DNA from: Amoeboaphelidium protococcarum X5
Taxonomy: Eukaryota > Fungi > Aphelidiomycota
Direction of reading: 5' to 3'
Assembly (NCBI GenBank): GCA_023515725.1
Contig: JALDTO010000215.1
Span: forward strand, 521,053 to 585,052
DNA length: 64,000 nt
Shown: in pieces, positions 29,384-42,281 of the stretch
Layout of the letters: every line of letters starts with the position of its first letter
Position numbering within the stretch: the stretch's first letter is position 1
Position numbers and translations under genes: made by a program
Notes under the pieces: generated by a model
Told to the model about the DNA's origin: nothing
Database searches by the model: none
The model's input: the letters and a program-made list of their open reading frames with translations, nothing else

Positions 29384-29821
29384 TCATGACCAGAAACTAA
29401 CGAGCCATCTGCCAGAGAGCGCAATGAATGCACAGAGAGGAGCAACAATGGTCAACATTTCAAACATGTTAAACTTGAGCCAGTAGAGAAACATTGTATA
29501 CACGTAAGCACATAGGCCGCCAATGAACAATACAGACGGCAACAGTTCACCAGCACGCGCAAATGGAAACTTTTTCATGTTCAATGCGCCATTCGATAGC
29601 CACTACATACACACAATATAGTTATGCGTTATATATGTTATCATGAACTGCATAAAGAGATTAGAAGAACTTACATAGAGCAAGAGAACTACCCATGGAA
29701 CAAAGACTATACCAGAGAATGTAAAGGATATTAAGGATGAAGGCATTTTAGGATCAGGCCTGAAAGTATGTTAGAGTTCAGGCAGTGGTTCGAATACATC
29801 TCTTCCAATTAAAGCCTCCAT
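29384..29821 (-). CDS. SWP1: Oligosaccharyltransferase Swp1/ribophorin II, C-terminal TM module only (intron 29603-29674)
   Basis: MEALIGRDVFEPLPELQHTFRPDPKMPSSLISFTFSGIVFVPWVVLLLY|W..LYWLKFNMFEML; about 121 aa with 3 TM helices. Confidence 0.8.
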
Positions 29822-30131
29822 AATTTATTGCGTAATATTTGCCAATTGACAAAATTCAGATTATTTATTTAAAATTTGACACAATGATGAGAGAAGAGAA
29901 GGAGAAAGAGAGTTGGACACGACGCGCTTGATCTTGGTTACAACAAAGCTCCTTGTAGTATAGCTTACATCTGTTTAATGCACATGTAACAAAAAAGGAC
30001 ATGTGGTACTTCTTATTAGTCAAATATAACAGCTATGAAATCAAAAATATTATCGTGCAATGGAGAGTAAAGGAACGAGATTCTCTACAACAAGTTTATT
30101 CAGAGTACTGTATCATCATTCAAAGGTGTTA

Positions 30132-30447
30132 TCATCTATTAAATAGGCTATTCAAAGTTTTTCGTATATTCTTGGGAGACTTTGATGCATTAGCAGCAAG
30201 TTGCTAGCTATTGGAAAACTACTATCGCTTCTACAAATTGTCCATATAAGTCTCTAGTACCTGGTTCTCTGCATTCAACTTTTGATAATCTTCTCGTGCT
30301 TATATCACTTGGCCATTGATAACTACCCACTATAACACTTAATCATTACATTGAAAATAACTGCGATAATCAATATAAGTTCATACCTTTCAACTGTTGA
30401 GATAACTCAAGAATCTACTCAACAAGTAATTACCGCTCTCTGTCCAT
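30132..30447 (-). CDS. SCOC: Short coiled-coil protein SCOC/UNC-69/Slo1 family (one intron)
   Basis: ERQLLVEQILELSQQLK..AREDYQKLNAENQVLETYMDNL. Confidence 0.75.
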
Positions 30448-30725
30448 ACGTCTGATACACTCAATCAATCAATCAATCTGTCACTAACAAGAGAGAGAGA
30501 AACTGAAGAAGGCTTCTACTCCGTAGTTCGAAATAGATCGTCAATAGAAAGAAGGGAGAGAGAAGATCTTCATCACGGCGAGAAACCAAAATCTTTTTTT
30601 CTCGTTTCACATCTCGATCGAAAACCTTCAGAAAGTTCAGAATTTACAAGTTTCATTCTATCTGCATTTATCATTCGTTTCCTTTATTAGAGTGCACTAG
30701 AATAGAAGACCTCAAAAATCTAATA

Positions 30726-32375
30726 ATGCCTGAAGAATAGGAGAACATAGAAAAGAATCATGGGCATGAATTTGATGGAGCATTGGATAGAATGGCGTCC
30801 ACTTCGTCACTGAAGGCTGGCCTGGAAGGAGTGGATAAGAATCATGTGAAGAAGGTGATTTATGAAATGTCGAGGGACAGTAAATTTTATCAGAATGAAT
30901 AGAAGAAGGACTAATAGACTCAGGATAAAATTGATGCCATTTAGAAAAAGTATGATCAATTGAAGCATACGGATATGACTCGCGTGCAAAAGATTGTAGA
31001 CAAGTAGATTGCCACGTTGGAATAAGAATCTCGCGATCTCAGTCGAATTATAGTGCATTTGGATATGGATGCCTTCTTTGCAGCCGTTGAGGAACGTGAT
31101 AATCCATCTCTGCGTGGGAAACCTGTTGGTGTTGGTGGAATCGGGATGCTCAGTACGGCAAACTATGAGGCTAGACGGTTTGGAGTGCGCAGTGCTATGC
31201 CTGGCTTTATAGCAAAGTAGTTGTGTCCCCAGTTGATTATCGTACCATCTCGTTTTAGTGCGTATAAAGAGGCGAGTCTTGCTGTGCAGGAAGTGTTAAA
31301 ATAGTACGATCCTAATCTGGAAATGATGTCCTTGGATGAAGGCTACATGGATCTTACTCCTTTTCTGACCAGTAACGGCATAGATATTCATTCACACCAT
31401 CAAATCTTGGAGATGGTCAAGGAAATGAGAATGAAAGTACAGGAGAAGACTAAACTGACGTGCTCCGCTGGTATTGGCGCCAACCGGATGATTGCCAAGA
31501 TTTGTACAGACTTTAACAAGCCGAATGGCCAGCATTTGATACCTAATCAAGTGCAGGATATTCTTCAATTCATGAAACCTTTAAATATTCGAAAGATATC
31601 TGGAATTGGTAAAGTGACTGAGCGTATTCTGAATTCTATTGGTATTTATACGTGTGAAGAATTATATCAGATGCGGGTGTATATTCATGAACTCTTCTCC
31701 AAGATCACATTTGACTTTCTTTTAAGAATATCACTCGGTATAGGATCTAATGTGGTTGGTGGAAGTGATGATGATTCAGATCGTAAGAGTGTGTCTGTCG
31801 AGCGAACGTTTAATGCCATGAGCGATAGGGAAGCTCTGCTGGCCAAGTTGCGTGAAATATCTCAGAAGCTCAATCAAGATCTGGTGAAGAAGAATCTATC
31901 TGGCAAGTGTGTCACGTTAAAGATTAAAATGTCTGATTTCTCTGTGAAATCCAAAGCTAAATCTGTTCTGGAATCCATCCAAAGTGCTGATGATATTTAT
32001 AGTGTAGCCAAGTCTTTGTTACTTGAAGTTATGCCATGTGAGTTGCGACTTATGGGACTGCGCATGTCTTCTCTCAATGATCCCACTCATACGGAGTCAT
32101 CTGGTAGAAAGTAACTTGGTATAATGTCATTTCTATAGAATTAATAATAAATACAAGGTAAAGAATAATCACTAAAGTAGTAATAACATTCTAGTCGGAA
32201 ACGACCGTCTGAACACTTAGATGAGTTCAAGTGCCCGATATGTCAGCAGAATATCTTGGAGGCTGCAGTGAATAATGATAATAGAATGCTGAACCGGCAT
32301 ATTGATGAATGTCTCAATCTGGTGGCGATTAATGAAATGTAACAAAGTGAGTAAAATTCAAATGTTTAAAGTTGA
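30726..32375 (+). CDS. POLK: DNA polymerase kappa (Y family)
   Basis: [79 protein letters not shown]. Confidence 0.96.
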
Positions 32376-32522
32376 TTTATTGTAGTATACTAAATGCAAA
32401 TCAAAAAGTAAAAAAATCCTAGGTGTACGTACTTAAACCACAATTTTTTTTTTATATATATTCAACGCATGTTCCTGATTAACCTTTACCACATATCCAA
32501 AAAAACACAATAGAATTACAAA

Positions 32523-34523
32523 TCATTAAGTCAATCTCACAGATCGCTTCTTGTTCATTGTGGACATGCTAGATTTACGTGTCCACCAGCCGGCAGCTTG
32601 ACGTATAGAACTCTTCCACCCCTCCAATTCATGATCTTCGCCAGCAATGTAGAAAGCATGCTGCTTGATCGAGTCGTTATTGTTAGGGATCTCAATGCAT
32701 AGAAGCCACTGGTCCTTGATGTTCTTGCGTGTTGGATTCTCAGCAAAACGAAGCTGAGCATCATCCACACGGATTACACCACTGGCCAGCGTTGACTAAT
32801 CTTTATCACTCTTGAAGTAGAACAGGAAATTGTCTTTCAGCACAAAATATCGATACTTCCAGTTGTTGCCATTCCTGGCTTTCTTTGTCAGATATCCGCT
32901 CTTGGAAGAGTCCTTAGATATGTTTGCAAGAGTGAGATTTTTATAGATAGCCTCCGCCAGAGCTTCAGTGGAAGGGAACCAATTGTACAGCACACGCAAA
33001 CGCTCAATATGCATATCACTTCTCAGACGTTCAATCTTCAAGTGCTCAATCAGAAATTCCAACTTCTCCTGCCTACCACGTAGCTCTTCCAGATCATTGG
33101 CCAGTGAGGCGCCGCAATACTCTGAAGTCTCGAGAGAAATTCTCTCCTTCTCCAGCTCCTCTGTGGTCTTTAACAACTGATCAGAGATCTGATCATACCT
33201 ACTGGCCAACTGCTCACGGGACATTTCAACAGCTTTCTTCTCGGCGCCCATCTATTTCACAGTACCTGAGAGTAGTTGATTCTCTTCCAGCACCTTGGAA
33301 ATCTTGAGACTCAGTTGCATCTTTTCATTCTGCAGTGCCTATACTTCAGAGGTGATTTAAGTCTTTACAGAGAGCAGATTTTCCATCTCATCCTTCTGAG
33401 CCTAGATAGACGCGTTCAGTTTACTCAACTTGGCTTCCAGCTCACCAGCCTTATCCTTCAGCATCTTATTCTCATTGGCCAGACTCTCATTCTCCTTCTC
33501 CATCTCCTCAGCGACTGGCAACATTCCAGTGTGAGCATTAAACATGTTGGCAGTGAACACCAGATTCAGTCTCTCATTACCGGCCACAATATCTTCTGGA
33601 GTGACCACGGAGCGGACGCCAACCTTCTCAGCAGTCATGAGCATAATCTCAGCACGCTTAAGTAAATCTGGTTCATTCATAGCATCCAATGCCTTCAACT
33701 CTGGGTGCAACTTGTCAAGCAGATGAAGATACGCCATAGATGTTTTGATATCATTGGAGAAATTGGAAACTCTCAGATCAGAACCATTACGCTTCAAGTG
33801 ATAGTTGAACCACTTCAGGAGTAACTCTTCTGGTGGGATATCAGAAATGTTCTCATTGCCCTCTTGTAGTTGAGCCAGCTCAGGATGAGCGTCTAGAGAG
33901 ACTTCTTTCAACAGGCCAATTTTGATAATCTACCACAAGAGACCGAATACAAGGTACTGCTTACCGTCCAGGAGATCCTCAGCGCCAACATTCACAATGA
34001 TTGCTCCAATGCGACGCGCTCCACTAAGAGCCAGATTGAGATTAGTCAGACAGTGGTAGATCTTGCTCTTTTCATCGCGAAACTTCTTGATCACTTTAGA
34101 CTCATCGATGGTGTGAGGTACGCTTGCATTGACCAATTTACATAGCAGAACACCATCTTTGACCGCAGCGAAGATGTCATCACTCAGCGGATCGATAGGT
34201 AGCTTTTCTGCTAATTCAATACAGTCTGCCAACACTTGGTTGATGTGTTTAACAAATGCAGTCTTCTCAGCTTGAGATATTCCGTGATATGATTAGGAGT
34301 TAATCGCTGTACTCGCATGCTTATCCTAAGACTACTCTGCCCCAGTTATAGATGATGTGGGTGTCAATAATTGATAATTAGCTTAATTATTGGTATACTT
34401 GCTAGTGTACTATTCACCGGCAGAGGCGACTTCTAACGAGAGCGACGCGAGTGGAGGAGTTATACTGTCTTGAGGAGCATCTGGTGCAGATTACAGCGAC
34501 TTTTACTGATTATCGCTAGTCAT
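32523..34523 (-). CDS. Fimbrin-type actin-binding domain (CH-CH) + coiled coil + PH domain protein
   Basis: Single 666-aa frame: EKTAFVKHIN, VKDGVLLCKLVN, VFGLLWQIIKIGLL, PEELLLKWFNYHL, LNLVFTANMFN; about 130-aa coiled coil; PH KSGYLTKK..NWKYRYFVLKDNFLFYFK..WKSSI. Confidence 0.88.
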
Positions 34524-34990
34524 TTTATTATACACTTTCCTATTGAGATTACAACGAAAATCAATATTAAAATAGACGTTTGAGTGGATAAATTAAATTC
34601 TAACTGCGGAATGGAAGCGGTTAATGGGGCGTAAGATAGCATGGGGCTTAACTTTCCTTTTAATGGCGGCCAGATTTGACCCCTGATTTCAAGTTCACGA
34701 GTTTCATTCGCCCAAGTTGACTTAAAAGGGGTTGAAATAAGTAATTATTGATTAAAGTATAAAGAGTATAAAGTGAAAAAGTATCATGATTTAATTGTGA
34801 ATATCATTGTTAATACGTGATGCAATGTAAGCAAATGATTGATTTCAACTTGACATTGTTCATAGACGGCGGATGTCGAGGGGAGTCAATGTCAGCGCGC
34901 TACTAGCGTAGTACAATTCTACAAATACGGTGTAAGTGGTGACAGAAGTTTAACTGATTACCAGCCATAGAGACTCCATACTTGAACTAC

Positions 34991-36772
34991 TCACACTTCA
35001 ATATCCACCACCTCTTTTGCGTCTTTTGCAGGCATAGTTCGACGCAACATATCGTAATGTTTTTTATAAACAGTTTACCTATCTTGGCCATCAGCTATTT
35101 TGATCAAACGTGTCAAGTCAATCATAACAGGCGTCACAGTGGCGGAAGAGTGTGTAATCACCGGCATCAGTCCAATGTGTCTCCATCTCACCTCCTAATC
35201 AGGCTGCATCCATCCGCATTCTATTATCAAACGATGTAATGCCTCTCTAGCAACCTTCAAAGGATTAGCCAAATATGCTCTAGTCTAGGCATCTTCTGAC
35301 AACATGGAATCCTCTTTAATCACCCCGGGTTCAAAGAGAGAATCAAGAGACCACTCAATGCCTAATCTATAGTTCCATGCCCTCATTGGGCAAAATCGCA
35401 ATTCGTCCGGATATTCGCGAATATGAAACACAAAAGGCAAAAGCACAACGGAGAGCTACAAGATTTCAACTACTTCAGACTAGACTTCCCAAATCTCTCG
35501 CCATCTTTCGGACTCTGCATGAGCTATTTCGCGTGCAATATCACTATTCCTTTTATGATCTCCATCATTATTGGTGATAATAAATTTAGCAACTCCAAGC
35601 TAGCCATTCTTTTTACAAATCAAAGTGGTTCTGCCATCACCAGTCTTCTAATAAACATGAAGAAAATAGAGACGACTGCTCTTAGACAGCGGAAACTGAT
35701 ATGAAAACTACTTCAACCTCATGGGAAGCTTCCGGAATTCATAGTCTTAAGAATTATATGATGCGGCAGGGAAGAGACGCTGCGGATGCAAATAGCCATT
35801 TATTCTATCTCTAGGAGTGTGAGCCCATTTAAATAAGAGCGTTCTTAAAACGCCAACTAAATCAGTGTCAGTATAGTGATATACGCGACTTTACACTACT
35901 CTAACTATATCTGGCACATGGCTCTCTTTATCAGTCACAGAAGGTATTGAACTCAAAAGATCGGCCGCTGAAGTGGTATCATCGCCATCTATAAACTTCT
36001 AGATAGATAGATCGTATTAAGACGAAGCTGCAGACTAGGAAGGAGACCGTACGCAACACTCGAGAAATTCTTTAATAGACTTTGCAGATATCGCAGACGT
36101 GGTGTCTTCATCATCAAACCATACAAATCTCCACTTTTCATAAGTGGACAGAATTCCAAATACAAATCGCACGCCAAAAGATACCCTCAAATCATACAGA
36201 TAAGACACAATCTGTTCTATATCGTTCATATCGAATTCGATACCTTACTACTTCTGCACAGAGTTGGGCGGCCTCTTCACCTACACCGCACCAATCATTT
36301 GCTCTATGTCATCATTCAGTTTTGACACGCCCAGCTCTGTCTGGTTATAACTTTTACTTGAACTCGGGAACCTCACTCCAGGCACAATTTGGACAAGTTA
36401 TTCTAGGCTAGTCGCATATATGCAGTCACTGAGTACGTAGTTGACACGTTACTTGATACCTTCTTCATTCCTCCAATCTTTATTGGCATATCGATTCCAC
36501 ATAACTGATACAGCCATTTTGGTGGGTAAATCTTATATAATCGGCACTGATCCTCCCTCTACTATCTCAAAACTGAATAATGAGGATGATGATGATGTTG
36601 AACGTGGCGACGAAAAGTGAACTAATGGACCTTTACCAAGAGGTGGTAATCCTTTATACAGGATCCACCCAAAGCATTCGGTCTCTAAAAGCTTTTAAAT
36701 CTCCTAGTTCTAAACGGTACACTTCGATCTAAGCTCTTCATCAACAAGCTTGTCAAATTCGACTCGATCCAT
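34991..36772 (-). CDS. Crinkler-like REase-fold + kinase-like (DUF5898-type) protein
   Basis: 593-aa intact frame: WRNEEGIK, IGAVQVK, EQIVSYLYDL..FVFGILSTYEKWRFVW; then GDGRTTL..GVAKF, ESERWREIW, LPFVF, EVRWRHIGL, PVMIDL. Confidence 0.7.
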
Positions 36773-36979
36773 TTTGTAATATTTCCATCACAATAAAGAA
36801 GGAAATTAGTATACTCTGCCTTCGACCCAGATTTGGTTTGAGATGGACAACGACGCGCTTGAGTAAATTTAGTAGAATAGATTGGTTAAGTGATACTGTG
36901 GACTGATTATATTTAAAAGGAAAGAATTACGTAAAAATGATGTGGTACAAAGTAATGGTATTAATATAGTCGAATTAAT

Positions 36980-39900
36980 TCATTGTTACTTACAATCGGC
37001 TTCATCTTGCTGGGGTTTTGACTTGAGATTTCTGTTGCGGCTTGGCGGTTACTGCTACATTAGAACATATCATTTTTGGCAATTAATGACTTTACAATGT
37101 ATGTGCGTAAATATATTACCGATTGAGTATCATTAGCAGCTAATTTACTCTGTCTTGTATGGAATACAATCTTCGGCTGCTCTTCACTAGTGTTGTCCTG
37201 CTTATCAACCACAACATACTCGTTCTCCTTACTCTACACAATCGGATTTCATCGATAACAGATTTTACAGTCTGCACAAGATTTAGCAACGTACCTCCTA
37301 ATCTTAAATGCTGTGCTACACCTTCTTCGATTTACTACTAACTTCGCGTTTGGCCTTAAGCTAGTCAGATTACATTTGTTACAGAGACTGCTCCAATCTT
37401 CGCACCTGCTGGGCATCTTGATTGCGCAAGATTATACTTTGACGAAGCTCTTTTTAGGCATCTTCCTTCTCAGCAGTTAATTGTACAACGCGATCTTTCA
37501 AAGCTTTGATGAGATCTAAATGCTCAGACTCTTTGCCAAGTAACACGGAACTACCTCCAACTTGAGTAGGTGCCTGCTACATTGACTTCACCTTGTAGTG
37601 AAGTTGTTTCAACTCTTGATCCTTCATTCTAATCTCAGACTACAACTGCTCTGTAAATTGAATAGATTTATCGAGTTCACTACAAAATATGTGACAATAA
37701 TGTATTACTTGAGCTTATGAAAGACATCGATTAACGTACCTCTTCATTGCAGCAATCACCGCTTCCAATTATTTGCTCTAGATTTGAAAATTCTTCCTGT
37801 CGTTCATGAGCTATGTCTTGAGCACATCAGACTTTTTAAACATCTCAGAGTCATTCTACATAAAACCAAGCATTATTATGAGTTATAATCTAAAATTAAT
37901 CATTATACAAAGTAATACCTTTAGCGAAGTCAGCTCAGATTCGTATTTTAACTATGCAGCACGATGCTTCTCCACTTCTTCTTTATATGCCAGCTTTAAG
38001 GCTTCGAAAGACTAGACATCAATCTACTGACCTTTTGGCTCAACTTGAACCAACTAAGACTGGAAGCTCATACGAATACTTTCCAACTATTCCGTGATCT
38101 TCAAATTTAAACTCTCGGAGCACATATCCATCGACGAAGAATACCCAGCGAATAAAGCAGAACTGGACTGAACCAGATTTAGGAGCATTTACTGCAAATT
38201 TTGAATTTCAAGCTTCAAAGCAGCAAATTGTTGACTGCGATGAACACAGTGACTATTGAGACGATCAATACCTGCCTGCTTCGTGGCCAAGCTAGCATTG
38301 GCACCCTGTAAAGCTTCATTGATCCTATCTTTTTCAACTAAGGAACCATCATACAACTATTACTGTTCCAGCAATAGACTATTGAGCTAGTCCACCTTGC
38401 TCTGGAGATCAAGAACTTGAGACTCAAAATCTGCAGACGTAGTACTTAATTTATCATTCAGAGCCACGACTTACTCAGATTTCTACTACTTTTACAACTC
38501 TAGCTATAAATGCTTAGCAGACAAAATATCATGCTACTCTTTCAAACACTAGATCTCAGTTAGACCAGAGTCAACTTACTTCTTCAGGGTGTTACAAACC
38601 TCAGTCAGCCGCTGAACATCAGATTACAATACCGAATTTTCAGATGTTTGCATCTAAAATTTCTGCTCCAATGTTGTATAAACTAATTCAGATTTCTCAC
38701 CTTCTTACACTTTTAACTATAATTACAGTTGCAGGTCTTCCTCCCGATTTTGACAACCTGACAGCTGTGACTATAGCTCTTTAAATGAGCGCTCAGACTC
38801 TTAAAGCTAACTCCGATATTCTTCTTTACTTTGATCATATACTGATTATTAGGCAACAAGCACATCAATCTCAGCTTACAGCTTATTCATCGACTATTGC
38901 AAAGACTCTTTCTCGGACTACATAGTGGCAACTTCGATCTCAGATTACTTCAAGAGTTCTTGCAATACAGTCACCTATTCTCCAGAGGAGCTTTGACTTT
39001 CACTTAAAGATTACTGCAAGCGAGATATTTTCTGTCGCTTCTCCTCCAGCTCCAATATCAACCTATCTTTAACACATTACAGCTGAGCTATTTAATCGGT
39101 AAACGATAGCTTCTGAGCATTCCAATCATCCAACTGATTTTAGAGTTAAGCATTCTGACTCTCAAGATCATCAGTCAATTACTCAATCTCGGCCTGCTTG
39201 GATAATAATTCGTTCTACAGCGACAGAATATCCTAAGACTGTACAGACAATTTACCATTATTAACATTACGTTCATAGGTGATCGTAGCAATTTAACGCT
39301 CAAAAGCTTCATTGCTCTACCTCTCACTGAGAACCTGGCTTGTCAAGTTATCTACTTCTGATAGGAGACGCTCAATCTCTTCATCTTATTCTGAGATTTA
39401 CTACATTCTCTACGTCATTTGATTATCAAAATCATACTGCTACTGCTCCAATTTCAAAGACAGCCCCTGTTGAGCAGATTACTTTTCAGCCTAGACGCGA
39501 TCCAGCTCCAAGACTAAACCACTGCACTTCAGATTACAATTAGCAACAATGGGACCGGATTCAACAAATGCAATGACCAACTACTACTAGAGTTCATAAG
39601 CAGCAAGGCCTTCTTACAATAATTATTTACTCAAAGCTTACTACTCTTCTTACAATTAATCACAACGACTCTCTGCAAGGGAGCATTTATCAACTGCAGC
39701 GTCAAGCTCTTTGGAGGCAGATTCTAACTGTTGTTCAAGAGTTTCTATGCAGTCTTCCTAAGAATCGCATAAGGCAGACATTTGTCGATGTTCCAAGGAT
39801 ATCTCCAAATTATTTTATGTTAAATATAAGAGTTGTTCATCCTATTATAGCCTGTCATCCCTCAACGACTTGACTTAAACTTCCAAATCTTCGATAACTC

Positions 39901-42043
39901 TCTTGTTTTCTGCCAGCTCAAGCATTTGCTTCTACTTCAATTCGCTTAACTAAACAGTATACAACTCAGAGACATCATGGACCAGCTTTCTGATTGCGAC
40001 TTAGGCACCATCGCTAAAAGACAATTCATGAGCTGATTACAACAAAGAGTCTTTCAGCCCTTTCACCTCATTCAACTAATCCTATAGAGCCGTAAAACGA
40101 CTGTCGACGCACTGAGTTTAAGTAGAGCTATCTATCAAAGCTGAACATTGTCCTAAATCTGAGGCAGGAGACTACGGATGGGACTCTTATCTGGAAGTAG
40201 AGATTAGATTCTCTTGCAAAGCCAAACTGACACTTTCGAGTTATTATTATAATTTAGACTTTTCATCACAGATTTCCTTATACCAAGACTAAATTTCCTC
40301 ATTAGACGTTTGAAGTAGCTAAATCTCTGCTGACATCCGGCTGGTAAGTTCTTACTTTAGTTGCATCAGCTAATCGGCCAAAGAATGCATATGATGAGGA
40401 AGACTGTCGACGACATCCCCATTGACCAAAACAGATATTAATGAAGCAATGTCATCTCCATCCAGCTAAATCTTACCATTCTGAACTTAATGACGACTAA
40501 CTGAATTTGAATCATGCTTAAAGTCATCAACTTTCTAATCGTTCACCTCTTGATTTATCTAATCGTCTTGATCATTCATATCATCAGTCATATCAATGAC
40601 AAGACGCGCAGGTTCTACAGCTTGAACTAAATTATCCGCAGATTCAAATGAAACTTATCTTTACTGCTACTACTACCGGCCAGGAAACCAAGTTTATCTG
40701 CGCAACATTTTCTACTTCTTGATTGGTGGTGCTTCATCATGCGTGTCAATAACATGAGGATTCAAAACCATTTTCTCCATCTGGCCAATCTTTGCGGTCA
40801 GAAACTTGATACGGTCCTCATACTCTTCCAGCGACTTTCTGTGCTCCTGAGCTTCGGCTTCGATAGCGATTTTCTCATTAACCACCGACTCAAACTTATG
40901 ATGCAGATCCACATCCTTCAATGAAGAGAGTTGATTCTTCAATTCAGAAATCTCATTCTAATACCTCTTGAGCATAACTTCATCAGATACAATTTCATTC
41001 ATCTCTGGGCAATTAGTAATGGTCTTGGCACGGGAGGCGAACTTGAGTGTAGAGTACGTTTCTTCAATAAATTTATTGGCAGGACTGGCCGTACAGATGA
41101 TAGCAGTCTTGGCATTACCACCTAGAGAATTTTACAAGATACGGGTCAACTTTGAGTCTCTATATGGCACATGGCTGGAATTTTCACTCAATTTACTAAT
41201 CACAGTGCCCAGAGTCAAGAGAGATCTATTGATGTGACCACCTTCACGCAATCTGGCACCCTCCGCTCCAGTGTAACTACATCGTTCAGAGCCAGCAAGA
41301 TCAACCAAATTTAGTTATGACACTTTGACGGCAGATACAACTTGTTGAGATCCATTATCGTTTCCACCACCACTGACATCACTTCCAGCTGAAGTATCAC
41401 GACTTTCAATCACCATCTAGAATAGAGTGTGCGATCGAGAAGAACGTTCATTCATATTGGTGACACCAACATGACGATTCCTCTCACCAATCTGCATCAA
41501 CTGTATCACTTCTTCCACACTGGTAACAATCTCTTCACGAACATTGCCAACGAATATCTCACGTTCCGCAGTCTCATGAATCTTCAAGTTATCATTCTCT
41601 GGGCACAGTAAGTCCTTGATGACTTCATTGTAAATCTCCAGGTATGACACACGAAGAAGAAATTCACGACTGGGAGTATTCTGAATCTCACTGAACAGAT
41701 CCTGCATGGCCAGAGGAATAATACCAATCTCCTTGCCAGAACCTTGCATAGTATGAGTCTTACCAGAATTCGTCTGGCCATAAGCAAAGATGGTAGCATT
41801 GAAACCATCAAGACACGACTTTATCAAAGGCTAAACAGAAGAGTAAACTTGTGCATTATTCTCCTGGTGAAATACTCTGTCAAACATAAACTACTATGCT
41901 GAAGATAGAGTCTTTCCACCTTGATCCACCTGATATAGAATTGAACGATTCCTGACATCCCACGCAGACCAACTACCACCAGCAACTTCTTTCTGACTAA
42001 TGGGACGAACTCTAATCACAACCTGAATATTGCTATTACTCAT
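36980..42043 (-). CDS. CENPE: Kinesin-7/CENP-E with long coiled coil and C-terminal CaaX (a few 3' introns)
   Basis: [57 protein letters not shown]; ends DCKQQ-TGA. Confidence 0.9.
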
Positions 42044-42281
42044 GCACTTTATACGTCCAATAATTTACAATGACAGAATGTGAGACTTGAATTATATGGA
42101 AAATGCTCCCCAATTCCGTAGTACCTACCACTAAGGCAAGTAATGAATGAATGGTAAAGATACCGAGAGGAGAAAGGTAACGGCTGAAACAAAATGAAAC
42201 ACGTACAGAACGATGGGGAAAATGCGATTAAAGCATTTCAAAAATTTCTTTGTCATGATCAAATTCATTTGCATCCAAACC

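Noticed and set aside
34600-34920. Possible ncRNA (AAGATAGCATGG resembling U6; TGACATTG/CAATGTCA stem 34851-34894)
   Set aside because: No ACAGAGA box or other U6 elements, and an 8-bp stem alone is insufficient.
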